From Actinomycetes bacterium (GTDB taxonomy: Bacteria > Actinomycetota > Acidimicrobiia > Spongiisociales > UBA5794): 64,000 bases of DNA. The stretch is from positions 7,055 to 71,054 of the forward strand of contig JAMBLJ010000013.1 of the NCBI GenBank assembly GCA_023336815.1. The letters are read 5' to 3'. The notes beneath the pieces were generated by a model that ran no database searches, was not told where the DNA came from, and saw only the letters and a program-made list of their open reading frames with translations. Below are positions 1 through 8,872 of this stretch, in pieces. The position numbers and the translations under genes are program-made. How positions within the stretch are numbered: position 1 is the first letter of the stretch; every line of letters begins with the position of its first letter.

Positions 1-287
1 CAACGACTGCCCTGGACGTGGCGCATCAAGAGAGGGTGCTCAAGGAGATGGGTCAACTCGCTGCGGATAGGGCGTGTGTCGTCGCGGTTCTGCACGACCT
101 CAACGCGGCGGCGTTCCACGCTGACCGGATCGTCCTCATGGATGGTGGTGTGGTGAGATCGGAGGGCAGTCCTGACGAGGTCCTGCGAGCGGATCTTCTC
201 AGCGATGTGTACGGCCAGGCGATGACCGTCGTCGAGCACCCGACGCGGGGCTGCCCGCTCGTGCTGGTTTCCGATGGTGTCGAATAG
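1..287 (+). CDS. ABC transporter ATP-binding protein, C-terminal fragment (FecE/HmuV-like iron-siderophore/heme importer ATPase); 5-prime end lies outside the window
   Basis: ORF 18..287 continues in frame to the window edge. The C-terminal region matches ABC importer ATPases of the FecE/FepC/HmuV type. Confidence 0.55.
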   Translation, partial: TTALDVAHQERVLKEMGQLAADRACVVAVLHDLNAAAFHADRIVLMDGGVVRSEGSPDEVLRADLLSDVYGQAMTVVEHPTRGCPLVLVSDGVE

Positions 288-299
288 TGCTTGTGGTAC

Positions 300-593
300 T
301 CAGGTGGCGCTCCAGCCCGACGTGTTCGCGTGCTCCTTACGTGTGAAGAGGGCCACGTACATCGCACAGGCGCTCACGGCACACGTCGTGCAGGCTTCAC
401 CGAAACTCTCAGGGTCGAGTACGGCAGTGGTCGTTTCGAAACCGAGGTTGGTATAGAGGGTCTCGAGTTCAGCGATCCGCCCGGGATCGGTGACCGTTCG
501 TCGCTCCCAGCCGTCAGCTGCGAGTGCGGGAGCCTCGAGGATCTGGACACCCGAGGAGCAGTAGATCGCCTCCGACGCGTCGCCGTGGTTCAT
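300..593 (-). CDS. Small Cys-rich hypothetical protein (about 97 aa, EACTTCAVSAC = CxxCxxxxC plus one upstream Cys); putative last gene of the BCR-like operon
   Basis: An internal ATG at 593 overlaps the stop of the upstream ATPase gene as ATGA (591-593 / 590-592), which suggests translational coupling. Four cysteines are present. No family was recognised. Confidence 0.35.
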   Translation of the reverse strand: MNHGDASEAIYCSSGVQILEAPALAADGWERRTVTDPGRIAELETLYTNLGFETTTAVLDPESFGEACTTCAVSACAMYVALFTRKEHANTSGWSAT

Positions 594-1423
594 GCGGGGA
601 CCGTCGCCCTGGCAGGAACGTCGCCATCGCTCTGAAGCTTCTCCAGGCGACGGCGACCGAGGATCGCGCACCCGAGAGACGGTACGAACTGCACCATGTC
701 ACTATCAGGCACGTTGACTTCCGCATCGAGGAGGTCGCTCACGGTCTTGCCCATGGTCTCGAACCGGAGGATCCCTCCGATCAATGTGAACTCGGGATCG
801 GCTCGCACTCGTTTCATGAGCTGCACGGATCGGCCGGTGAGAGACTCGATTGCTCCCTGCATGATGTCGGCAGGTGCAGTCCCCAGCGACAGATGGTTGA
901 TCACCTCGGATTCGGCGAACACCGCACAAACCCCCGAGATCGGGACGGGCTGTTTCGATGTCGTCATCAGGGCGCTGATCTCCTCGATGTCATAGCCCAT
1001 GTACCGTGCGGTCTTTTCAAGGAAGGCGCCTGTACCAGCTGCACATTTGTCGTTGAGCCTGAAGGACAGCACCTTTGCGTGTTCGTCGACCCGGCTGGCC
1101 TTCATAGTTTGGCCGCCAACATCGAGGATGGTCCTCGTTCCAGGGAAGAGGTGATTCGCACCTCTGGCGCTCGCGGTGAGGTCGGTTACCTGAAGATCCT
1201 TGAAGTCGACCTGATGGCGCCCTGGCCCTGTCGCGATGACGTACGCGATGTCATCCTCACGCAACCCTGCACTTTCGAGCACCTCGTCGTAGATCGCGCG
1301 GGCGACTTCCTGGAGCTTGAATCCAGTGGGGATCATCGCCTTGCTGAGGATCTCGCCCTCCTCGTTCTGCAGGAGGGCCTTCGTGTAGGTCGATCCGATA
1401 TCCAATCCAGCCGTGATGATCAT
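590..1423 (-). CDS. BadF/BadG/BcrA/BcrD-family ATPase (CoA-substrate-specific enzyme activase / BcrD-like subunit)
   Basis: N-terminal [10 protein letters not shown] actin-like ATPase fold. Conserved [11 protein letters not shown] and [11 protein letters not shown] Cys motifs typical of HgdC/BcrAD [4Fe-4S] ATPases. The start overlaps the upstream gene stop by 4 nt. Confidence 0.85.
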   Translation of the reverse strand: MIITAGLDIGSTYTKALLQNEEGEILSKAMIPTGFKLQEVARAIYDEVLESAGLREDDIAYVIATGPGRHQVDFKDLQVTDLTASARGANHLFPGTRTILDVGGQTMKASRVDEHAKVLSFRLNDKCAAGTGAFLEKTARYMGYDIEEISALMTTSKQPVPISGVCAVFAESEVINHLSLGTAPADIMQGAIESLTGRSVQLMKRVRADPEFTLIGGILRFETMGKTVSDLLDAEVNVPDSDMVQFVPSLGCAILGRRRLEKLQSDGDVPARATVPA

Positions 1424-2241
1424 GTCGTCGCCCCCGTGGTCGTGTGGATCGGTGTTCGCCCGGAAAGCACGTTGTCAAGAGCGAACAGGGCTGCACCAAG
1501 TGCTCCCATGTAGTGGCAGTCATCGCTGATGTTCAGCGGCTTCTCGATGCGGTCCTCGAGTGCCTTCACCATGCCAAGGTTCCTCGAGACGCCGCCTGTG
1601 AAGGTGATCTCATCGTTGATGCCAACCCGACGCATCAAGCCGGCGGAACGCGAGGCGATCGATTTGTGAACACCCCACAGGATGTCTTCGATCTTCTTGC
1701 CCTTGCCGATCCATGCGAGGACTTCCGACTCTGCGAACACTGTGCAGGTTGTGCTGATCTTGATCGGCTTCGTGCTGCGCAGTGAGACGGGACCGAGGTC
1801 GTCTATGGGTATGTCGAGCGCGGCTGCCGCGGCGCCAAGAAATCTCCCCGTGCCTGCAGCGCACTTGTCGTTCATGCAGAAGTCGACGATCTCGCCATCT
1901 GCGCTGACCGAGATCGCCTTGGTGTCCTGCCCGCCCATGTCGACAACGGTTCGAGTGTTCGGGAACAAATGGACGGCACCGCGTCCGTGGCAGCTGATCT
2001 CGGTGACCTGGGTGTTCCCGAAGGTGACCCGGTACCTGCCGTAGCCCGTGCCGACTACGTACTCGACCTCTTCCTCGTCGATGCCGTGCTCCCGGAGCGC
2101 CGTCAGGAAGGATTCCTCGGCTGCCTGGATCACGTTTGCACCGGTGTCGATCAGAGACCGACCGACGATGGTTCCCTCTTCGTCGACTATTACCGCTTTG
2201 GTCTGCGTCGATCCAACATCGACGCCTGCTGCGTATGCCAC
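1420..2241 (-). CDS. Second BadF/BadG/BcrA/BcrD-family ATPase (BcrA-like position in the operon)
   Basis: [21 protein letters not shown] and [11 protein letters not shown] motifs. Paralogous to the downstream ATPase. Confidence 0.85.
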   Translation of the reverse strand: MAYAAGVDVGSTQTKAVIVDEEGTIVGRSLIDTGANVIQAAEESFLTALREHGIDEEEVEYVVGTGYGRYRVTFGNTQVTEISCHGRGAVHLFPNTRTVVDMGGQDTKAISVSADGEIVDFCMNDKCAAGTGRFLGAAAAALDIPIDDLGPVSLRSTKPIKISTTCTVFAESEVLAWIGKGKKIEDILWGVHKSIASRSAGLMRRVGINDEITFTGGVSRNLGMVKALEDRIEKPLNISDDCHYMGALGAALFALDNVLSGRTPIHTTTGATT

Positions 2242-2249
2242 GTGTCACC

Positions 2250-3554
2250 TCATCCTTGTGCGTCGACGTTCGTGTGTGCTCTGCGGGTTTCGAGGCCTTC
2301 GAAGAAGGCATCGATTCGGTTTTTCATCTGTGCCTCTGAAACGACCCTGCGATCCATCATGTCGGACTCGATGAAGAGGCTCGGGATGCCGAGCTCCTCG
2401 GTCATGTGCTTGCGGCCATCGGCAAGACCCGTCGATACGGTGCGACAGCTCTTGATCGGGTGGTAGATGATCCCATCGATGTCGGCATCCCGTGCCATAT
2501 CAGCGAGTGCGACGTTCTGGTGGAACATCGAATCCATTGCGTCCCGGACCGAGATAAGCACTCCCTCTGCAAGGCTGGCTATGGGATCGGCCAGGTCGTA
2601 TTCGAACCCGCGGTTCGTTCCGCCCGAAGCGAACCAGAGATAGGTCGAGTTGACGAACGTCCCACCCCAGTCGGTGAACAGTTCGTTGAAGCGTCTGAAG
2701 ATCGGATAACACGGCACACCGACGAAGAGCAACCTGTACTTCTCGTCGATCGTCTGACCGATCCCGTTTGCCGCCTTGTACTCCATCTCCTCGACGACCC
2801 GCTCGAAGTACCTGGCGCCCGCTTCGGTTCCCCTGAAGCCGTTGGCAACACCGAGGAAGATGGTGCCGTCGGTAAGTGCGCTGAACAGCGATGGTTTTGC
2901 GTTGTTGAGCTCGAGGATCCTCTTCCATGAGCGGCTCATGGTGTTCGCGTGGGTGAGTACCTCGCGAAACTTGTCGATATCGAACTTCTTCCCTGTGACC
3001 TCTTCACAAACGGTGATGAGCTCCCTGAGCTGGGTCTCGACGTACTTTCGGTCAGCTTCGAAGTCTCTGTCGCCTCGCCAGGTTTGCCCACCAGCCTGGC
3101 GGGTGCCCGGAATGTCGATCGTGAAGACCGGGGTTCCGTACATCCGCTCCCAGATCTCAGCCCATTTGATGTACGTGTTGCATGCGTTGGTGAGGACCGT
3201 GAGGCTCGGTTTCGGGATCTGCCCCATCGGGTGTTCTCCACCACGAAGCTGGGTCCCCACATCCGCCTTCACGTATCCGCAGATATCGGGGGAGTAGCCG
3301 TAGTTCTCGGCTTCGTCGAGGTACTCGTGTGCGACGTGACGGACAGCGGTCTGGAGCGAATTGATCTCGGGGAACACGACGGGAAGATCGAACGTCTTGA
3401 GTATCTCGTTGATGCTGCCCATCACGAATACGTATGCGGACTGTCCGCCAACCTTTGCGGTGTTGTCGAGTTCGGCGAACCAGTTCCTGAACATCGCTGC
3501 GCCCTCACGGTTTCCGCGTCCGACGAGATCGTGTGGGATTTCCAGTGTGGTCAT
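2250..3554 (-). CDS. 2-hydroxyacyl-CoA dehydratase / benzoyl-CoA reductase B-subunit-like protein (HgdA/BcrB/BadE family)
   Basis: Length (about 434 aa), multiple conserved Cys residues, and position between the C-like subunit and the ATPases. Start set at an internal ATG (3554) that is preceded by GGAGG; the upstream extension overlaps the neighbouring gene. Confidence 0.8.
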   Translation of the reverse strand: MTTLEIPHDLVGRGNREGAAMFRNWFAELDNTAKVGGQSAYVFVMGSINEILKTFDLPVVFPEINSLQTAVRHVAHEYLDEAENYGYSPDICGYVKADVGTQLRGGEHPMGQIPKPSLTVLTNACNTYIKWAEIWERMYGTPVFTIDIPGTRQAGGQTWRGDRDFEADRKYVETQLRELITVCEEVTGKKFDIDKFREVLTHANTMSRSWKRILELNNAKPSLFSALTDGTIFLGVANGFRGTEAGARYFERVVEEMEYKAANGIGQTIDEKYRLLFVGVPCYPIFRRFNELFTDWGGTFVNSTYLWFASGGTNRGFEYDLADPIASLAEGVLISVRDAMDSMFHQNVALADMARDADIDGIIYHPIKSCRTVSTGLADGRKHMTEELGIPSLFIESDMMDRRVVSEAQMKNRIDAFFEGLETRRAHTNVDAQG

Positions 3555-3582
3555 GTCCGCCTCCGTGGGTATGTCTGGTCCG

Positions 3583-4758
3583 TCATGCGAACAGCAGGTG
3601 CTCGACGAACGTTGCAACTTGCAGTTCGAGTTGGTCAAACGAGCTCATGTTCTCTTCGAACTCGCTCAGGAAGTAAGAGATCCCCTCAGCGTCGAGAGCG
3701 TGGGTATAGGCCACCTGTTCCTCGAGGCCCGGTTCACACATCTTGGCTGCTGCAAGGATCGCTGCATCCGCCCCTGCAGCGGCGATGCGCTTCTTGAGCA
3801 TCTCTTCCTTGGGCTTACGCGTATCGTGCTGTACGGGGCTGTACGTTGAATGGTCGATGTAGGCGTCGGCGAGGTTTGTGAGCGGGTCACCATCGGTCGG
3901 AACATCATCTGTGATCCAGCGCATGCCAATGTGGAAGTCGTCATCGACGACGTACACCGTGCGACCGAGCATCCGGATGAGGTCAAACGGTGGCTGTTCG
4001 CAGAAACCTCCCTCGAACACAACGCGGATCCGGTCCTCGGGTTTGGTTGTTCGTTCTTTGATGAGGGGGAGAAGCTCTGCAAGGAGTTCGTTGTGCTCTT
4101 CTCTTGGCATCATGCCCGCGAGCGAAACGAGTGCGTACGCGTCTTCGGCAGCAAGGAGCCAGGGTGTTTCTCGCTTGATGTCGTAGATCTCACGCAGGAG
4201 CTTGCGGTTCTCGTTGAACACAACGATCGAGGAGCGAAGATCGTCATCGCTGATCTCGCGGTCGGCGACCTCCTCGGTGACCCTTCGCATCCGATCATAT
4301 TCGTTGCGGAGGTACTCCACGCTTCCCGCAGAGTTCGGGTTCTGTGGCAGATACAGGATCTGGCTGGGATAGTCGACATTGCGACCCCAGATCGCTGCCA
4401 GGTTGCGTGCAGCATCACAGATGGGGTGCGAGATGAACATCTCCATTACGACGACATCACTCAGTGCGAGCTCGAGCGATGTCTTGAGGATCGAGCACAG
4501 GTAGGAGCCGAAGTGGGAATCGGCACGATTCGGTTCTGTCGGTGCTCCCCGAACCTTGAACGGGAGCATGCCCGATGCATGGATGATCTCCTCAGGAAAG
4601 TAGACCTGAAAATGACCGGCAACCTTGCCGCCAGCTTCTCTCCACCGTTGTGCGGTAGCGAAGTCAGGGGACTCCACCATGTCGCGGCATTCCGCAAGGG
4701 CGTCGTCAAGTGACAGGTTCCTCCACTCGGGGAACGTCCTTGTGGCCGTGAGTGTCAT
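3583..4758 (-). CDS. 2-hydroxyacyl-CoA dehydratase / benzoyl-CoA reductase C-subunit-like protein (HgdB/BcrC/BadD family)
   Basis: 391 aa, HGD-D family-like. Placed first in the four-gene set, as in bcrCBAD. The start overlaps the tetR stop (ATGA). Confidence 0.75.
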   Translation of the reverse strand: MTLTATRTFPEWRNLSLDDALAECRDMVESPDFATAQRWREAGGKVAGHFQVYFPEEIIHASGMLPFKVRGAPTEPNRADSHFGSYLCSILKTSLELALSDVVVMEMFISHPICDAARNLAAIWGRNVDYPSQILYLPQNPNSAGSVEYLRNEYDRMRRVTEEVADREISDDDLRSSIVVFNENRKLLREIYDIKRETPWLLAAEDAYALVSLAGMMPREEHNELLAELLPLIKERTTKPEDRIRVVFEGGFCEQPPFDLIRMLGRTVYVVDDDFHIGMRWITDDVPTDGDPLTNLADAYIDHSTYSPVQHDTRKPKEEMLKKRIAAAGADAAILAAAKMCEPGLEEQVAYTHALDAEGISYFLSEFEENMSSFDQLELQVATFVEHLLFA

Positions 4759-5375
4759 GTCGTTCCTCCTGCTGGTTGTGTAGCTGCTCCGTCGAAGAAG
4801 AGATCGACTACGTGGCCAAGACGTGCTTCCGTGGTTCCGTAGATGCGGTCGGCATAGTCGCCGATGACGACCTCCACGAGTGCAACGAATGACCAGGAGA
4901 GGATCCGGGAGTCTCCTGGGGCGAGTTCTCCGTCGCGGATGCCATCTTCGATGATCTCCTGAACGCGTTCGGGCAACGCTCGCTGGTAGGCCCGAACAAG
5001 TTGTTCGCGTTCCTCGCCGCTGAAGGTATTGACATCTCGTCGTACGAGCCTGGTGAGTTCACGCTCCTCGCGGGGGAGTTCGAGGAAGTCTCTCGTGAGC
5101 CCTGCAAGCCGTTCTCTCGCCGTACCCGGTGAGGCGACAGCCTGTGCGAAGAGCACTCGCTTGTCTTCGAGGTCGTCGAGCATCATCGTCACGTACAGCT
5201 GCTCTTTGCTCGTGAAGTGGTGGTACAACCCACCCTTTGTGACATCCGCAGCACGGGCGATCATGTCGGTGGTCACATCGGCGTAGGTCCTGGCTACGAA
5301 GAGATGTCGTGCTGCAGCGATGATCCTCGCCGCAGTTGCCTCAGATTTCGTTGGTCTCGTCACCGTTGCTGGCAT
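4755..5375 (-). CDS. TetR/AcrR family transcriptional regulator, first gene of the BCR-like operon
   Basis: N-terminal HTH: ARHLFVARTYADVTTDMIARAADVTKGGLYHHFTSKEQL. Confidence 0.85.
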   Translation of the reverse strand: MPATVTRPTKSEATAARIIAAARHLFVARTYADVTTDMIARAADVTKGGLYHHFTSKEQLYVTMMLDDLEDKRVLFAQAVASPGTARERLAGLTRDFLELPREERELTRLVRRDVNTFSGEEREQLVRAYQRALPERVQEIIEDGIRDGELAPGDSRILSWSFVALVEVVIGDYADRIYGTTEARLGHVVDLFFDGAATQPAGGTT

Positions 5376-5392
5376 AGCTCCCTCACATACCG

Positions 5393-5407
5393 ACCGACCG
5401 GTCGGTA
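5393..5407. promoter_or_regulatory. 14-bp perfect palindrome ACCGACCGGTCGGT about 18 nt upstream of the tetR start; candidate TetR operator
   Basis: Read directly from the sequence; the position is typical for an autoregulated TetR. Confidence 0.3.
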
Positions 5408-5557
5408 TGAGACTACATCAATGACTCCCTGTCTGTCAACGAACAGTTCGGTATCAGATCTCGGACAACAGATCCCGGACAACAGAGAGGACCGAAAAGT
5501 GGTCGAAGAGGAGTCTCTAGCTCGCGCGGTCCTATCTGATCTCTGTCAGCGCAGCGA

Positions 5558-5585
5558 TCTGCTGTCTGTATTCTGTTTCTGCTAC
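5558..5585. repeat. TCTG heptamer tandem array (TCTGCTG TCTGTAT TCTGTTT CTGCTAC) abutting the sigma-factor stop; contains the reverse complement of ACAGACAGCAGAT
   Basis: 7-bp periodicity read in the sequence. Confidence 0.4.
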
Positions 5586-6511
5586 AGCAGACCCTTCAGG
5601 TCGTACAGCGTCGAGGGATGACGAAGTTTGCCGAGAGCCCTGGTCTCGATCTGGCGAACACGTTCGCGGGTGATACCGAGGCGATCCCCCACGTCAGAGA
5701 GTGTCCTCGGAGGTCGTGTGTCGAGTCCATAACGAAGCACGAGCACTGTTTGTTCTCGTTCATCGAGCGTAGCCAACGCTCTCGTGAGCTCCTCCGTACG
5801 CGCTACGTCAGCAATGCGTGCGAATGGGTCTTCTGAGGCTGCATCCCTGACGAAGTCCCCCAGATGGGCATCTCCTTCTTCGCCGATGGGCCGGTCGAGG
5901 GACACGGTGTCGTTTGGAGCGCTCAGGGCAAGCAGGATCTTGTCCTCGTCCAGCCCGCTCATCTCGGATATCTCATGGATGGTCGGGATTCGGTGGAGTT
6001 TCTCCTGCAGTACGAGTTCGGTCTCGTGAACGGTGCGCACGACATCGACCATGTGGACCGGAAGCCGGATGGTCCGTCCGTGGTTGCCAAGACCGCGGGT
6101 TATGGCCTGGCGGATCCACCATGTGGCATATGTCGAGAACTTGAAGCCTTTACGCCAGTCGAACTTCTCGACCGCCCGGATCAGCCCAAGGTTTCCCTCC
6201 TGGATGAGATCGAGCAGATCGAGCCCCCGACCCGTGTATCGCTTCGCGATCGAGATCACCAGTCGAAGGTTGGAACGAATGAATTGCTGTTTGGCGTGTT
6301 CGGCGAGCCGGACGAGTCTCACGAGCTCAGCCCGCCTGGCGGGTAACAACGATGCTGCGGATGTCAGTTCGAGTTCCGCTTGTTGTCCGTGCTCGATCGC
6401 TCGAGACAGACGGACCTCGTCCTCTGCCTCCAGGAGATCATGACTGGAAACAGCATCGAGGTACATGCCGATGGCATCGGCTACCGATGATTCCCTTGCA
6501 GCGTTCGCCAT
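5582..6511 (-). CDS. RNA polymerase sigma-70 family sigma factor (group 2 / SigB-like, regions 1.2-4)
   Basis: [31 protein letters not shown] and [12 protein letters not shown] motifs. C-terminal region 4 HTH. Confidence 0.85.
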   Translation of the reverse strand: MANAARESSVADAIGMYLDAVSSHDLLEAEDEVRLSRAIEHGQQAELELTSAASLLPARRAELVRLVRLAEHAKQQFIRSNLRLVISIAKRYTGRGLDLLDLIQEGNLGLIRAVEKFDWRKGFKFSTYATWWIRQAITRGLGNHGRTIRLPVHMVDVVRTVHETELVLQEKLHRIPTIHEISEMSGLDEDKILLALSAPNDTVSLDRPIGEEGDAHLGDFVRDAASEDPFARIADVARTEELTRALATLDEREQTVLVLRYGLDTRPPRTLSDVGDRLGITRERVRQIETRALGKLRHPSTLYDLKGLL

Positions 6512-6556
6512 ACAACCCCCCGATCGTGGCATCACGCAACCCTGTGTTCAGCGCCA

Positions 6557-8131
6557 TTGGAAGTTATCACCACGAAGCCATTTCGGCAAGAGAGTTGTAC
6601 CCTTCATGACCCCATAGACAGGACCTCACCTTTGGTTCGGAGTTGGCCTTTCCTCATCGCGTTCGGTGCCGTGATTCTCGGTGCATGTTCGAGCGCGGTC
6701 GGTGTGACCCCGGGAGATGCGGTCGTCCCACCGGCGCTCGGTGCGCCGACCATCGAGATTGTCACACTTGCCGCCGATGATCTGGGTGTGGTTGCGGCAT
6801 CGGTGAGTGCGGATGGTCGGGTGCTCACGGGAGACGAAGCAGGTGATGTGTGGGTGTCCTGGGCGAACGCTCCTATCGACGTAACCGTTGAGGCCGATGG
6901 CTTTCATCCGTGGGAGTTCACGATCGAAACGTATCCCGACGCAGGGAAAATCGAATTCCGGCTTGAGCCCGTCGTACTCACTGGACGGGTCACAACCGAC
7001 TCGGGTCGGCCTCTTCCCGGAGCCAAGATCGTGCTTGGCAGCGCGCGGGACACGACCGATAACGAAGGTCGCTACACGCTCGAACGTGCGGTGCCTGGCA
7101 CGATCGCTCTGTCGAGACCGGCGTGGGACGCCATCGAGTATCCCTGGAACGGTGACATCGACGCTCTTGACATGGCCATGGCGCCAACCATCACAAGGGC
7201 GCTACGTGTCGCTCCAGATGACATCCTTGATAGCGACCGATGGGACACGATCCTGTCACTTGCCGACGTGACGGACATCAACGGACTTGTGATCGACCTC
7301 AAGACGGAAGACGGCACCGTCGTGTACGCAACCGAGGTTCCGACGGCGAACGCGATCGGCGCGGTCAGCAGCTACTTCGATGCCCGCGATGTGATCGCCG
7401 ACGCCCGAGCGCGCGATCTGTACCTGATCGGTCGCGTAGGCGTCTTCCAGGACAGCTTCTTCGCAGAGGCAGAACCCGATCACGCGGTCGTGAATGAGGA
7501 TGACGGGACGTTGTGGCGATCGCGCAACGGTTTCGCGTGGCTGGATCCTTCGGATCCGGCCTCCTTTGAGTACTCGATCGCTCTAGCCGAGGAGGCGTGT
7601 CGCCTTGGATTCAACGAGATCCAGTTTGACTACGTTTCATATCCGCTCGGAGGAGACGTATCGACGGCGACCTTCGACGGTGCGTACAACCAGGAGGTTC
7701 GTGTCGCTTCCATCGCCGCGTTCCTGACCCGCGCGTACGCTGTGCTCCATCCAACAGGATGTGCCGTGTCGACAACGATCCTCGGCATCGTTCTCGAGTC
7801 GAGCGCGGACGAAGGTGTCGGCCAGCGCCCCAGCACGATGTCGCGTATCGTCGACGTGTTGGCTCCGACCCTGTACACCACGAACTACGGTGCAGGGTGG
7901 AAGGGCTTCGATGATCCGGATGACTTCGCAATAGAGGTCGTGTCGTCGGCTCTTTTGGGTGGCCAGGGAAAGCTCGACGGGCATGCGTATATCAGGCCGT
8001 GGCTTCAGACGTGGGCGATCGATGCAGCAACCCAACGAGGGGTGCAGGCGTGGGTCAGCGACGACGGCATGGGTTGGCAGTTGTGGAGCAACGACGCGAG
8101 CTACTCGGCCGATGCTTTGCCGAGGAAGTAG
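6557..8131 (+). CDS. Putative glycoside hydrolase-like lipoprotein (DUF4015 / GHL-type TIM-barrel domain) with an N-terminal beta-sandwich region
   Basis: Signal peptide with lipobox (ILGACSS). The motifs GLVIDLKTEDG ... EIQFDYVSYP resemble the DUF4015 family. Confidence 0.5.
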   Translation: MEVITTKPFRQESCTLHDPIDRTSPLVRSWPFLIAFGAVILGACSSAVGVTPGDAVVPPALGAPTIEIVTLAADDLGVVAASVSADGRVLTGDEAGDVWVSWANAPIDVTVEADGFHPWEFTIETYPDAGKIEFRLEPVVLTGRVTTDSGRPLPGAKIVLGSARDTTDNEGRYTLERAVPGTIALSRPAWDAIEYPWNGDIDALDMAMAPTITRALRVAPDDILDSDRWDTILSLADVTDINGLVIDLKTEDGTVVYATEVPTANAIGAVSSYFDARDVIADARARDLYLIGRVGVFQDSFFAEAEPDHAVVNEDDGTLWRSRNGFAWLDPSDPASFEYSIALAEEACRLGFNEIQFDYVSYPLGGDVSTATFDGAYNQEVRVASIAAFLTRAYAVLHPTGCAVSTTILGIVLESSADEGVGQRPSTMSRIVDVLAPTLYTTNYGAGWKGFDDPDDFAIEVVSSALLGGQGKLDGHAYIRPWLQTWAIDAATQRGVQAWVSDDGMGWQLWSNDASYSADALPRK

Positions 8132-8140
8132 CGGAGCGAC

Positions 8141-8872
8141 GTGACACCCGAACGAGACACGACATCACAAGCGCCACTGGATGCGGCAACCGAACTGGAA
8201 GTGCTTGAGAAGTCCCTCCTCAGCTGTCGCGCGTGTCCCAGGCTTGTTGCCTGGAGGGAAGAGGTCGCCGTCACGAAGCGTGCTTCGTTCATCGACGATG
8301 ACTACTGGGGGAGACCTGTTCCAGGTTTCGGCGATCCATGGGCATCGATCGCTGTCATCGGTCTGGCTCCGGCAGCCCACGGTGCCAATCGAACGGGGCG
8401 TATGTTCACCGGTGATCGTTCGGGCGACTGGTTGTACAGGGCGATGTTCCGCGCGGGTCTTGCAAATCAGGCGGCATCCGTCTCAGCAGATGATGGTCTT
8501 GAACTCAATGGTGCGTGGGTGACGGCGCCGGTGCGTTGTGCCCCTCCAGAGAACAAACCGACCCCGGAGGAACGTTCGAACTGCGCAGCATGGTTCGATG
8601 CCGAGCTGGCTCTGTTGCCGAACGTGACTGTCTTCGTGGTGCTCGGACAGATCGGGTATCACGCCTTGTGGTCCCATCTGCACAGAACAGGCGAGGACCT
8701 ACCGAAGCCACGTCCAAAATTTGGTCATGGCCGAGAGGTCACTCTCGGTGATCGTTCCATCGTGATGAGCTATCACGTCTCCCAGCAGAACACGTTCACG
8801 GGTCGGTTGACGGAGGAGATGCTCGATGCCGTGTTCACGAGTGCGCTCAAGGCGGTCAGCGAGGTCCGGTGA
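8141..8872 (+). CDS. Uracil-DNA glycosylase, family 5 (UdgB-like)
   Basis: The CRACPRL Fe-S motif region and GLAPAAHGANRTGRMFTGD are characteristic of family 4/5 UDGs. Confidence 0.7.
   Translation: MTPERDTTSQAPLDAATELEVLEKSLLSCRACPRLVAWREEVAVTKRASFIDDDYWGRPVPGFGDPWASIAVIGLAPAAHGANRTGRMFTGDRSGDWLYRAMFRAGLANQAASVSADDGLELNGAWVTAPVRCAPPENKPTPEERSNCAAWFDAELALLPNVTVFVVLGQIGYHALWSHLHRTGEDLPKPRPKFGHGREVTLGDRSIVMSYHVSQQNTFTGRLTEEMLDAVFTSALKAVSEVR

Noticed and set aside
1610-4713. Numerous long antisense or alternative-frame ORFs (for example 1610..2311 -, 2500..2928 -, 3850..4713 +, 2949..3797 +) inside the BCR-like genes
   Set aside because: They have the Arg/Pro/Ser-rich composition typical of off-frame translation of GC-rich coding DNA. 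Strong homology lies in the other frame.
5394-5407. Possibility that the tetR-upstream palindrome is a Rho-independent terminator of the sigma-factor gene
   Set aside because: No T-run follows in either orientation, and it lies about 175 nt from the sigma stop but about 18 nt from the tetR start. An operator role is more likely, though it is unproven.
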